Assembly (NCBI GenBank): GCA_038087875.1
Contig: JAXLNO010005853.1
Location: 124,001 to 188,000 of the forward strand
DNA: 64,000 nt
From: Malacoraja senta
Lineage: Eukaryota
Direction of reading: 5' to 3'
The position numbers were made by a program, and so were the translations under genes. Positions within the stretch are counted from its first letter, which is position 1. Every line of letters starts with the position of its first letter. Under the pieces are notes generated by a model, which had not been told where the DNA came from, searched no databases, and saw nothing but the letters and a program-made list of their open reading frames with translations. This document shows positions 10,945 to 23,043 of this stretch, one piece after another.

Positions 10945-13004
10945 CTTCATTAAGAAGTGTGTGGAGTACTGCATTCCCACCAAAACCTTCCGAGCATTTC
11001 CCAATCAGAAACCTTGGATGAACTTTGAGTTCGGCACTCTTCTGAAGTCCAGACACCGGGCATTCATGTCTGATGATAAAGTGGCCTACAAGTAGTCCAG
11101 ATACGACCTTGGTAAGGCCATCAAAAAGGCCAAAAGGGACTTCTGCTCCAAACTGGAGGAAGAGACAGATGTTCGGCGGCTGTGGCAGGGCCTGAATGCA
11201 ATCACCTCTTACAAGTCAAAATCAGGAGGCAGCTCGAATGTCGGCGAAACATCACTCCCTGATGAGCTCAATGCGTTTTACGCACGCTTTGATAGGGAGA
11301 ACATCGATGTGCCTTCCCGAGCCCCCATTCGCTGTGATGGTATTTCACTCTCAGTCACAGAGGCCGACGTCAGGAAATCCTTCAGAGGGGTGAACCCTCA
11401 AAAAGCGCCTGGAGCTGATGGTATACCTGGTCGTGTTCTAAAAACCTGTGCGGACCAACTGGCTGGAGTATTTACGGACATTTTCAACCTCTCACGTCTG
11501 AGGTCTGAGGTTCCCACCTGCTTCAAAAGGGCATCAATTATACCAGTGTCCAAGAAGAGTAAGGTGACGTGCCTCAATGACTATCGACCTGTTGCACTAA
11601 CGCCTGTGGTGATGATGTGCTTTGAGAGATTGATCATGACGCAGATCAACTCCTACCTCGACAAAAACCTGGATCCACTGCAGTTCGCTTACCGCCACAA
11701 CAGATCAACGGTAGATGCGATCTCGCTGGCCCTCCACTCCGCTCTGGACCACTTGAACAACAAAAACTCATGTCAGGCTGTTATTCATCGATTACAGCTC
11801 GGCATTTAATACAATCATCCCCTTCAAGCTGGTTACCAAACTTGCAGAACTGGGTCTCTGCGCATCCCTCTGCAATTGGATTCTCGACTTCCTCACTCTC
11901 AGACCACAGTCTGTTCGTATTGGTGGAAATGTGTCAGACTCGATAACAATCAGCACGGGAGCACCTCAAGGCTGCGTGCTCAGCCCGCTGCTGTACTCAC
12001 TCTATACTCATGACTGCGTAGCCGGACATAGTGCGAACTCCATCATCAAGCTCGCTGACGACACCACTGTTGTGGGGCATATCGCTGATGGGGATGAGTC
12101 AGAGTATAGAAGAGAGATCGAGCAACTGTCCATATGGTGCCAGCACAATAACCTAGCCCTCAACACCAGCAAAACCAAGGAACTGATTGTGGACTTTGGA
12201 AGAAGTAGGATGAAAACCCACAGTCCCATTTATATCAACGGGTCGATGGTTGAAAGGGTCAAGAGCTTCAAATTCCTGGGCGTGCACATCTCTGAAGATC
12301 TTTCCTGGTCCGAGAACACTGATGCCATTATTAAGAAAGCACATCAGCGCCTCTACTTCCTGAGAAGATTACGGAGAGTCGGTTTGTCAAGGAGGACTCT
12401 CGCTAACTTCTAGAGGTGCACAGTAGAGAGCATGCTGTCCGGTTGCATCGTGGCTTGGTTCGGCAACTTGAGCGCCCTGGACAGGAAAAGATTACAAAAA
12501 GTAGTAAACACTGCCCAGTCCATCATCGGCTCTGACCTCCCTTCCATCGAGGGGATCTATCACAGTCGCTGCCTCAAAAAGGCTGGCAGTATCATCAAGG
12601 ACCCACACCATCCTGGCCACACACTCATCTCCCTACTACCTTCAGGTAGAAGGTACAGGAGCCTGAAGACTGCAATGGCCAGGTTCAGGAATAGCTACTT
12701 CCCCACAGCCATCAGGCTATTAAACCTGGCTCGGACAAAACACTGAACTTTATTAGCCAATTAACTGTTATTTGCACTTTATCAGTATATTGATTCATGT
12801 GTGTATATATTTACAGAATGCCTTGTAGTCAATGCCTACTATGTTCTGTTGTGCTGAAGCAAAGCAAGAATTTAATTGTCCTATCAGGGACACATGACAA
12901 TAAACTCACTTGACTTGACGACCTATACACTATGCGGAAATCACAAAATGAACGGGACTTTTGCAGTAAACACAGTCGGACCTAATAAAGCTTTTATCCC
13001 CTTC

Positions 13005-13735
13005 CAAACACAGTTGCAATAGGCACAGTTGCAATAGGCACAGTTGCAATAGGCACAGTTGCAAAAGCCACAGTTACAAAAGCCGTAGTTGCAAAAGCCA
13101 CAGTTGCAAAAGCCACAGTTGCAAAAGCCATACATTTCAATAGCCACACGTTTCAATAGCCACACATTTCAATAGCCACACATTTCAATAGCCACACAAT
13201 TCAATAGCCACACAATTCAATAGCCACACAATTTAATAGCCACACAATTTAATAGCCACACAATTCAATAGCCACAGTTGCAAAAGCCACAGTTGCAAAA
13301 GCCACAGTTGCAATAGCTACAGTTGCAATCGCCACACAGTTGCAATTGCCACACAGTTGCTATAGCCACAGTTGCAATAGCCACAGTTGCAATAGCCACA
13401 CATTTCCATAGCCACACATTTCCAATAGCCACGCATTTCCAATAGCCATGCATTTTCAATTAGCGACGCATTTTTAATGACCCACACATTTTGAATTAGC
13501 CACGCATTTTTAATGACCCACACATTTTCAATAGCCACACATTACATTTAGCCACACATTTCAATTAGCCACACATTTCCAATAGCCGCACATTTCCAAT
13601 AGCCGCAGTTTAAAGGCACAGTTTAAAGGCACAGTTTAAAGGCACAGTTTAAAGGCAGAGTTTAAAGGCACAGTTTAAAGACAGTTTAAAGGCACGGTTT
13701 AAAGGCACGGTTAAAAGGCACAGTTAAAAGGCACA
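13005..13735. repeat. Composite minisatellite block (15-, 16/17-, ~32- and 13-bp units) in Helitron B
   Basis: CAGTTGCAATAGGCA, TAGCCACACATTTCAA and GTTTAAAGGCACA arrays; mirrored at ~16640-17375. Confidence 0.92.
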
Positions 13736-14147
13736 TAAAAACATTTATTCCTTCCAAACACAGTTCCAAATAAACCACATATAACCACACTCACAGTTTA
13801 ATAGACATGTGTTCAGTGTTCAGTTGATTCACAGCTCAGACTGAGAGTCGTTGCCTCTCCCTCCCCCATCTTGCAGCGACTGATGCACGTCCACACTTCC
13901 GGGTTTTATTAGTCCCTCCCCCCTCCCATTCACGGCATGATTGACAGGAGAGAGAAACTCAACATTTTTAAAACACTAATAACTCTTTTGACTTTCATCG
14001 ATGGGAAATATCCTCTGCACCTGATGAGTGGAGGGGAATTCTGAGTAAGATGGCCAAAAATCACAGCCGTAAGTGGTAGCGTTTTTTCTAAAATCTATAT
14101 ACAGCGCAAAAAGGAAGTGGTCAAGTTTAGACTTTTAATTATTTATA

Positions 14148-14422
14148 TATTAATGATTTGGACAAAGGGATTAAAAGTAACATTAGCAAATTTGCAGTTG
14201 ACACTAAGCTGGGTGGCAGTGTGAACAGTGAGGAGGATGCTATGAGGATGCAAGGTGACTTGGACAGGAGGGGTGAGTGGGCAGATGCATGGCAGATGCA
14301 GTTTAATGTGGATAAGTGTGAGGTTATCCACTTTGGTGGCAAAAACAAGAGGGCAGATTATTATCTAAATGGAGTCAAGTTGGGAAAAGGGGAAGTACAA
14401 CGGGATCTGGGGGTCGTTGTTC
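14148..14422 (+). mobile_element. CR1 RT fragment, part 2 (continuation of 5151-5391)
   Basis: YINDLDKGIKSNISKFAVDTKLGGSV follows GPQLFTI of part 1. Confidence 0.92.
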
Positions 14423-14804
14423 CTTGTGTGAACGTGGCGCCGACCGAAGAGAACCCGAAGCAAACAAGTGGAAGCCAAATAACCGAATGGAAACAAAGCT
14501 GAACCGCCAACTAACCGAAAGGGCGGGAAGCCTAAAAGCCATCTAACTGAAAGGCTGCGTTGCCTAAAAGCAAACTCACCGAATGGCCGCTCTGCCGAAA
14601 AGCCACCTACACGAAGGTGACGCCTACATTCCAACGGACCGAATGCCGCTCAACAGAAAAGTCAAATAACGGACATAACGTTACCGGGGTGTGGGACATC
14701 GGTGATTGGTCCAGACCCCCGCGTCCATCACATCACTGTGGAGGGATGAACATTGTCCCAAACCTCCGCTCCACCGTGAAGGGTGGCCGTGGGAGAGTGG
14801 GGGC
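14423..14804 (+). repeat. Unclassified element with spaced CCGAA motifs that truncates the CR1
   Basis: Several CCGAA(A/T/G)G motifs at ~20-60-bp spacing; mirrored at 15569-15945; family not recognised. Confidence 0.4.
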
Positions 14805-14925
14805 TGTCCCGAGGGATGCACACCTTCGGCCACTTACAACTTGGTGCTTGGGTTCAGATTGCCCAGTCACCTATGGCTTGTGTGGGAAAATGAACCCCAC
14901 ACGCTCCCGTCTCCCCTTCTCTCTC

Positions 14926-15368
14926 CCCTCTTCGCTCTCGCCTCCTCTATCTCTCCTTTATCTCTCTCCCCTCTCTCTCTCCCCTTCTCTCTATCCCCCT
15001 CCTCTCTCTCTCCCCCTCTCTCCCCCTTCTCTCTCTCCTCCTCTCTCTCCCCCTCCTCTCCCCCCTCTCTCCCTTCTCTCTCTCCTATTCTCTCTTTCAA
15101 TCCCCTCTTCCCTCTCTCCCGCCTCTCTCTCACCTGACTCTCTCTCCCTTCTCTCTCTCCTTCTCTCTCCTCCTCTCTCTCTCCCTACTCTCTCTCCCCC
15201 CTCTCTCTCCCTTCTCTCTCTCCCCCCTTCTCTCTCTCCCCTTCTCTCTTTCTAACCCCTCTTCTCTCTCCCCCTCTCTCTCCCTTCTCTCTCCCTTCTC
15301 TCTCCCTTCTCTCTATCTCCCTCCTTCTCTCTCCCCCCCTTTCCCTTTCTCTCCCCCTCCACTCTCTC
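14926..15368. repeat. CT-rich polypyrimidine low-complexity tract (palindrome spacer)
   Basis: Almost purely C/T on the plus strand; no mirror copy. Confidence 0.95.
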
Positions 15369-15568
15369 NNNNNNNNNNNNNNNNNNNNNNNNNNNNNNNN
15401 NNNNNNNNNNNNNNNNNNNNNNNNNNNNNNNNNNNNNNNNNNNNNNNNNNNNNNNNNNNNNNNNNNNNNNNNNNNNNNNNNNNNNNNNNNNNNNNNNNNN
15501 NNNNNNNNNNNNNNNNNNNNNNNNNNNNNNNNNNNNNNNNNNNNNNNNNNNNNNNNNNNNNNNNNNNN
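15369..15568. other. 200-N gap at the centre of the inverted duplication
   Basis: A run of exactly 200 N. Confidence 0.98.
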
Positions 15569-15945
15569 GCCCCCACTCTCCCACGGCCACCCTCTACGGG
15601 CTGTGGGTCGGGTGGAGCGGAGGTTTGGGACAATGTTCATCCCTCCACAGCTCTGGACCAATCACCGATGTCCCACACCCCGGTAACGTTATGTCCGTTA
15701 TTTGACTTTTCTGTTGAGCGGCATTCGGTCCGTTGGCCTGTAGGCGTCACCTTCGTGTAGGTGGAGTTTCGGCAGAGCGGCCATTTGGTGAGTTTGCTTT
15801 TAGGCAACGCAGCCTTTCAGTTAGATGGCTTTTAGGCTTCCCGCCCTTTCGGTTAGTTGGCGTTTCAGCTTTGTTTCCATTCGGTGATTTGGCTTCCACT
15901 TGTTTGCTTCGGGTTCTCTTCGGTCGGCGCCAGGTTCGCACAAGG

Positions 15946-16219
15946 AACAACGACCCCCAGATCCCATTGTACTTCCCCTTTTCCCAACTTGACTCCATTT
16001 AGATAATAATCTGCCTTCTTGTTTTTGCCACCAAAGTGGATAACCTCACACTTATCCACATTAAATCTGCATCTGCCATGCATCTGCCCACTCACCCCTC
16101 CTGTCCAAGTCACCTTGCATCCTCATAGCATCCTCCTCACTGTTCACACTGCCACCCAACTTAGTGTCAACTGCAAATTTGCTAATGTTACTTTAATTAC
16201 TTCGTCCAAATCATTAATA
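15946..16219 (-). mobile_element. CR1 RT fragment, part 2 (right-arm copy)
   Basis: Mirror of 14148-14422. Confidence 0.9.
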
Positions 16220-17464
16220 TATAAATAATTAAAAGTCTATACTTGACCACTTCCTTTTTGCGCTGTATATAGATTTTAGAAAAACCGCTACCACTTACGG
16301 CTGTGATTTTTGGCCATCTTACTCAGAGTTCCCCTCCACTCATCAGGTGCAGAGGATCGTTCCCATCGATGAAAGTTAAAAGAGTTATTAGTGTTTAAAA
16401 AATGTTGAGTTTCTCTCTCCTGTCAATCATGCCATGAATGGGAGGGGGGAGGGACTATAAAACCCGGAAGTGTGGACGTGCATCAGTCGCTGCAAGATGG
16501 GGGAGGGAGAGGCAACGACTCTCAGTCTGAGCTGTGAATCAACTGAACACTGAACACATGTCTATTAAACTGTGAGTGTGGTTATATGTGGTTTATTTGG
16601 AACTGTGTTTGGAAGGAATAAATGTTTTATGTGCCTTTTAACTGTGCCTTTTAACCGTGCCTTTAAACCGTGCCTTTAAACTGTGTCTTTAAACTGTGCC
16701 TTTAAACTCTGCCTTTAAACTGTGCCTTTAAACTGTGCCTTTAAACTGTGCCTTTAAACTGCGGCTATTGGAAATGTGCGGCTATTGGAAATGCGTGGCT
16801 AATTGAAATGTGTGGCTAAATGTAATGTGTGGCTATTGAAAATGTGTGGGTCATTAAAAATGCGTGGCTAATTCAAAATGTGTGGGTCATTAAAAATGCG
16901 TGGCTAATTGAAAATGCATGGCTATTGGAAATGCGTGGCTATTGGAAATGTGTGGCTATGGAAATGTGTGGCTATTGCAACTGTGGCTATTGCAACTGTG
17001 GCTATAGCAACTGTGTGGCAATTGCAGCTGTGTGGCGATTGCAACTGTAGCTATTGCAACTGTGGCTTTTGCAACTGTGGCTTTTGCAACTGTGGCTATT
17101 GAATTGTGTGGCTATTAAATTGTGTGGCTATTAAATTGTGTGGCTATTGAATTGTGTGGCTATTGAATTGTGTGGCTATTGAAATGTGTGGCTATTGAAA
17201 TGTGTGGCTATTGAAACGTGTGGCTATTGAAATGTATGGCTTTTGCAACTGTGGCTTTTGCAACTGTGGCTTTTGCAACTATGGCTTTTGTAACTGTGGC
17301 TTTTGCAACTGTGCCTATTGCAACTGTGCCTATTGCAACTGTGCCTATTGCAACTGTGCCTATTGCAACTGTGTTTGGAAGGGGATAAAAGCTTTATTAG
17401 GTTCGACTGTGTTTACTGCAAAAGTCCCGCTCATTTTGTGATTTCCGCATAGTGTATAGGTCGT

Positions 17465-20010
17465 CACGTCAAGTGAGTTTATTGTCATGTGTCCCTGATA
17501 GGACAATGAAATTCTTGCTTTGCTTCAGCACAACAGAACATAGTAGGCATTGACTACAAGGCATTCTGTAAATATATACACACATGAATTAATATACTGA
17601 TAAAGTGCAAATAACAGTTAATTGGCTAATAAAGTTCAGTGTTTTGTCCGAGCCAGGTTTAATAGCCTGATGGCTGTGGGGAAGTAGCTATTCCTGAACC
17701 TGGTCATTGCAGTCTTCAGGCTCCTGTACCTTCTACCTGAAGGTAGTAGGGAGATGAGTGTGTGGCCAGGATGGTGTGGGTCCTTGATGATACTGCCAGC
17801 CTTTTTGAGGCAGCGACTGTGATAGATCCCCTCGATGGAAGGGAGGTCAGAGCCGATGATGGACTGGGCAGTGTTTACTACTTTTTGTGATCTTTTCCTG
17901 TCCAGGGTGCTCAAGTTGCCGAACCAAGCCACGATGCAACCAGTCAGCATGCTCTCTACTGTGCACCTGTAGAAGTTAGCGAGAGTCCTCCTTGACAAAC
18001 CGACTCTCCGTAATCTTCTCAGGAAGTAGAGGCGCTGATATGCTTTCTTAATAATGGCATCAGTGTTCTCGGACCAGGAAAGATCTTCAGAGATGTGCAC
18101 GCCCAGTAATTTGAAGCTCTTGACCCTTTCAACCATCGACCGTTGATATAAATGGGACTGTGGGTTTTCATCCCACTCCTTCCAAAGTCCACAATCAGTT
18201 CCTTGGTTTTGCTGGTGTTGAGGGCCAGGTTATTGTGCTGGCACCATATGGACAGTTGCTCGATCTCTCTTCTATACTCTGACTCATCCCCATCAGCGAT
18301 ATGCCCCACAACAGTGGTGTCGTCAGCGAACTTGATGCTGGAGTTCGCACTATGTCCGGCTACACAGTCATGAGTATAGAGTGAGTACAGCAGGGGGCTG
18401 AGCACGCAGCCTTGAGGTGCTCCCGTGCTGATTGTTATCGAGTCTGACACATTTCCACCAATACGAACAGACTGTGGTCTGAGAGTGAGGAAGTCGAGGA
18501 TCCAATTGCAGAGGGATGAGCAGAGACCCAGTACTGCGAGTTTGGTAACCAGCTTGAAGGAGATGGTTGTATTAAATGCCGAGCTGTAATCGATGAATAA
18601 CAGCCTGACATATGAGTTTTTGTTGTCCAAGTGGTCCAGAGCGGAGTGGAGGGCCAGCGGGATCGCATCCACCGTTGATCTGTTGTGGCGGTAAGCGAAC
18701 TGCAGTGGGTCCAGGTTTTTATCGAGGTAGGAGTTGATCTGCGTCATGATCAACCTCTCAAAGCACATCATCACCACAGGCGTTAGTGCAACAGGTCGAT
18801 AGTCATTGAGGCACGTTACCTTACTCTTCTTGGGCACTGGTATAATTGAAGCCCTTTTGAAGCAGGAGGGAACCTCAGACCTCAGACGTGAGAGGTTGAA
18901 AATGTCTGTAAATACTCCAGCCAGTTGGTCTGCACAGGTTTTAGAACACGACCAGGTATACCATCAGGTCCAGGCGCTTTTCGAGGGTTCACCCCTCTGA
19001 AGGATTTCCTGATGTCGGCCTCTGTGACTGAGAGTGAAATACTATCACAGCGAATGGGGGCTCGGGAAGGCACATCGATGTTCTCCCTATCAAAGCGTGC
19101 GTAAAACGCATTGAGCTCATCAGGGAGTGATGTTTCGCCGACATTCGAGCTGCCTCCTGATTTCGACTTGTAAGAGGTGATTGCATTCAGGCCCTGCCAC
19201 AGCCGCCGAACATCTGTCTCTTCCTCCAGTTTGGAGCAGAAGTCCCTTTTGGCCTTTTTGATGGCCTTACCAAGGTCGTATCTGGACTACTTGTAGGCCA
19301 CTGTATCATCAGACATGAATGCCCAGTGTCTGGACTTCAGAAGAGTGCGGAACTCAAAGTTCATCCAAGGTTTCTGATTGGGAAATGCTCGGAAGGTTTT
19401 GGTGGGGATGCAGTACTCCACACACTTCTTAATGAAGTCTGTAACGACTGTGGTGTATTCGTTCAGGTCCGTTGCCGAGTCCTTGAACATTGCCCAGTCT
19501 ACAGACTCCAAACAGTCCTGGAGTTGTTCCTCTGCACCCCCCCCCCCCCTCCGACCAGCTCTGTACTGTCCTCACCTCTGAGGGTGCGCACTTTAATTGC
19601 TGCCTCTAGGCAGGAAGAAGCAGCACCGTGGTATGGTCGGATTTACCGAAGTGAGGGCGAGGGATAGAACGATAGGCATTCTTGAGTGGTCAAGGGTGTT
19701 TGGTCCTCTGGTGCAGCAGGAGACATGTTGGTGGAAGTTAGGGAGTGATTTCTTTAGGTTTGCCTTATTGAAGTCCCCGGCTATGGTGGTGAACGCCTCG
19801 GGGTAAGACGTCTGGTGTTTGTTGACCACGGCGTGCAGCTCCTCCAGTGCCAGACGGACGTCTGCCTGGGGTGGGATGTAGACCGCGGTCAGGATGATAG
19901 AGGTGAATTCCATTGGGAGGTAGAAGGGACGGCACTTCACCGCCAGATGTTCGAGGTGTGGAGAGCAGGAGTTGGACAGGACTGCCACGTCTGAGCACCA
20001 CACCATGCTG
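17465..20010 (-). mobile_element. Rex1/Babar LINE, right-arm copy, uninterrupted but frameshifted
   Basis: ORFs 19593..20096, 18019..18837 and 17636..18136; single empty site GACTTCATTAAGAAGTGTGTGG. Confidence 0.93.
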
Positions 20011-22079
20011 ATTGCGTCATTTCCGGTGAGTGCAGAGGTCGTGCTGAACGCGGAAGTGTTGCTGACTGCGGAAGGCCCTGAGTGGAGACGCCGCACTCAG
20101 CCGTTTGAATATTCAAAACATTTACTGCCATATATGTGGTGTGTGTGTGTGTGAGTGTGTCTTTGTGTGTGTGTGTAAGTGTATATTTGTGTGTGTGTGT
20201 TTGTGTGTGTCTGTGCATGTGTCTGTCTGTGCGTGTGTCTGTCTGTGCGTGTGTCTGTCTGTGCGCGTGTCTTTCTGTGTGTCTGTCTGTGGGTGTGTCT
20301 GTCTGTGTGTCTGTGTGTCTGTCTGTGTGTCTGTCTGTGTGTCTGTGTGTCTGTCTATGTCTGTCTGTGTCTGTCTGTGAGTGTGACTGTCTGTGTCTGT
20401 GAGTGTATGTTTGTGTGAGTGTGTGAGTGTGTTGGTCTGTGTGTGTGAGTGTCTGAGTGAGTGNNNNNNNNNNNNNNNNNNNNNNNNNNNNNNNNNNNNN
20501 NNNNNNNNNNNNNNNNNNNNNNNNNNNNNNNNNNNNNNNNNNNNNNNNNNNNNNNNNNNNNNNNNNNNNNNNNNNNNNNNNNNNNNNNNNNNNNNNNNNN
20601 NNNNNNNNNNNNNNNNNNNNNGTGTGTACGCTCTGCTTGAAATTCTGTGAAATTGGATTTGCTGGATCCGCTTGGAGTGCTGTGAGGTTGGACTTGCTGC
20701 CTGCACTCTGCTTGGTGTGCTGTGAGGTTGGACTTGCTGCCTTCACACTGCTTGGGGTGCTGTGAGGTTGGACTTGCGGCCTGCACTCCGCTTCAAGTGC
20801 TGTGAGATTGGATTTACAGGCCTCCACTGCATGATGACTTTTGAGGTAAATTCTCAGATTTTCTTTGTTAACATTTGACCGCTCAATCTCTCTATATCAA
20901 ATTGTCTTTAAAAATATATATATATCAACAGCAAAGAGTAATCCAGAGGCAGTGAGCAGCAGAATACAACAAGAAATAACTTAATAAATCTCATCTTTAA
21001 CATTTAAATTGTTGTTATATTTTAAGAGTCATTCACATTTTAAACTTTAATAAATCCTTTTTCCACTTGCCATGCCTGCGTGTTCTTCATCACCATGGGA
21101 ACCTAATAGGCAGGAACGGATGTGCTGACGGAGAGCCACTAAGAGTGCATGGGGGGGCAGGTTGAGAGGAGATGGACTGAATGCATGGGGGGGGAGGGGA
21201 ATGGCCAGGAGCAGAGTGGGGGAGGGGGTGAAGGAAGGAGGAGTGACTGAGTGAACTGCCAGCACTCCAGCTGTGAGTGACTGGACTGCCAGCCCACAAG
21301 CCATGAGTAAGTGAACTGCCAGACCACCAGCCATGACAGTGAACTGCCAGCCCACCAGCCATGACTCACTGAATTGCAAGTCCAAGAATCCATTCAGTCC
21401 ACAATGTCCATACTAGCCCTCTTGAAACGAGTCCCTTCAAGGCACAACACCCATACTAGCGCTCCAGATATCCATGCAAGGATAGACTTTCCTCCTTAAT
21501 TGCTGTGATCTGTAAAAAAAGATAAATGTCTGAAATTGATTGTCCACCCTCTCCCCCTTCTCTCTCACAGTCTGTCACCTGTTTTCAGCAGAATTTCTGG
21601 CATTCTCAGCTGCCAGCCCACCAGGCCCGAGATACTGAGCTGCCAACCTGCCATGCCTGAGTGACTGAGCTGCCAGGCCTGAGTGACTGAGCTGCCTGGC
21701 CTGAGTGACTGAGGTGCCTGACCTGAGTGACAATCTGCCTGGCCTGAGTGACTGAGCTGCCTGGCCTGAGTGACTGAGCTGCCTGGCCTGAGTGACTGAG
21801 CTGCCTGGCCTGAGTGACTGAGCTGCCTGGCCTGAGTGACTGAGCTGCCTGGCCGCAGTGACTGAGCTGCCAGCCCAAGAATCCATTTGGCCGACAATGT
21901 CCATACAAGGCCTCTGGAAACAAGTCCCTTTGACCTACAACAACCATACTAGCGCTCCAGAACCCCCCCCCCCCCTTCCTGGCCAGCAATATTGGAATTG
22001 GTGGAGAGGTGGAATATTGCATTGGGTGACCAGCCCTCCCGTGTAAAGCTGGGACCCAATGTGTCCCACTTAGTCTAGT

Positions 22080-22794
22080 ACACAATAAAATTTAACACAA
22101 ACATCCACCACAGCATTTTTCACTGTGGTGGAAGGCAACAAAGTTCAGTTAGTCCTCCTCCCTTTGTTCATCTGTGGTTGGGGCCATAAACCCTCCGTAG
22201 TCGCTGCTACGGACGACCAGATGTACAGGCCCTCTCGTTGGGATGATCAAAACTCCGATGTCGGGACGGTCAAATACACTCCGCGGCTTGGAGTGCCCGA
22301 ATCGGCCACTTTCCCACCGGAGACCACGGCTTCAAGATTTTGTGGGCCGCAGGCTGGCGGTCGGAGCTCTTCTCCAGCGATCCCCGGCAAGGGATCCCAG
22401 ACTCCATGTCATGCCACGCCCGCGGTAGAAGCTCCACAGACCACAACCCCCACGATGCCAAAGTCACCAGGCCAGCGATCGGAGCACTCCTTTCTGGGAA
22501 CCTCCGGCAACGGTTCACCCCGCTCCGCGATGGAAAAGTCCACGCTGCGCCCGCTGCTGATGCTTTGGGCCCGACTCTGGGAAAGGCCGCTCCATTCCAA
22601 GCTGTCAGGCCGTGAGAGGGGAGGCAGAGAAGCGACATGGAAAAAGTCGCCTCTCTGTCGAGAAAGCGACTGAAAAACAGTTTCCCCCTTTTCCCCCCCA
22701 CCACCCCTCACACAAGACATACCGAGAGACACCCAAAACAAACACTTAGACATATTAAAAAAACAAAAAATATAGAAATGACGAACACGCTACA
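22080..22794 (-). mobile_element. Unclassified repeat fragment, right-arm copy of 5400-6113
   Basis: Reverse-complement match. Confidence 0.6.
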
Positions 22795-22802
22795 TAGTCT
22801 AG

Positions 22803-23043
22803 TATATTGTAAATAGCTGCGGTCCCAGCACCGAGCCTTGCGGAACCCCACTAGTCACTGCCTGCCATTCTGAAAGGGACCCGTTAATCACTAACCTTTG
22901 TTTCCTGTCTGCCAACCAATTTTCTATCCATGTCAGCACCCTACCCCCAATACCATGTGCTCTAATTTTTCCCACTAATCTCCTATGTGGGACATCAAAT
23001 GCTTTCTGAAACTCCAGGTACACTACATCCACTGGCTCTCCCT
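22803..23043 (-). mobile_element. CR1 RT fragment, part 1 (right-arm copy)
   Basis: ORF 22799..23032 ...[16 protein letters not shown]. Confidence 0.92.

Larger units (their letters stand above)
8143..12920 (+). mobile_element. Rex1/Babar LINE (APE + RT), 5'-truncated, interrupted by Penelope dimer, frameshifted
   Basis: KCRPFYLPREF...[48 protein letters not shown]; 3' tail GACAATAAACTCACTTGACTTGAC. Confidence 0.93.
5392..14147 (-). mobile_element. Compound non-autonomous Helitron-like element B carrying minisatellites, Rex1 and Penelope
   Basis: Inserted between A and T of a CR1 codon string (ACA ATA TA|T ATT AAT GAT). CTAG at 5392-5395, and a hairpin TGGGACCC-AAT-GGGTCCCA plus CTAG at 6116-6119. 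The 5' end is degenerate rather than a clean TC. Confidence 0.75.
1..14804 (+). repeat. Left arm of giant inverted duplication (may extend upstream of window)
   Basis: The reverse complement of 1-60 matches 29519-29578 (nearly exact). GGTGGCCGTGGGAGAGTGGGGGC ending at 14804 is the reverse complement of the sequence starting at 15569. All TEs and ORFs occur in mirrored order. Confidence 0.97.
16220..22802 (+). mobile_element. Helitron-like element B, right-arm copy (lacks the Penelope dimer)
   Basis: CTAG|T at 22799-22803; inner hairpin + CTAG at 22075-22078 (the hairpin has one mismatch). Confidence 0.75.

Noticed and set aside
12941-13538. Cys-rich CNCGF/CNCAY ORFs resembling metallothionein or keratin-associated proteins
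   Set aside because: Translation of 15-bp minisatellites; no splice or promoter context.
14560-15661. Pro/Leu/Ser-rich and Glu/Arg-rich ORFs at the palindrome centre
   Set aside because: Products of the CT low-complexity tract and Ns.
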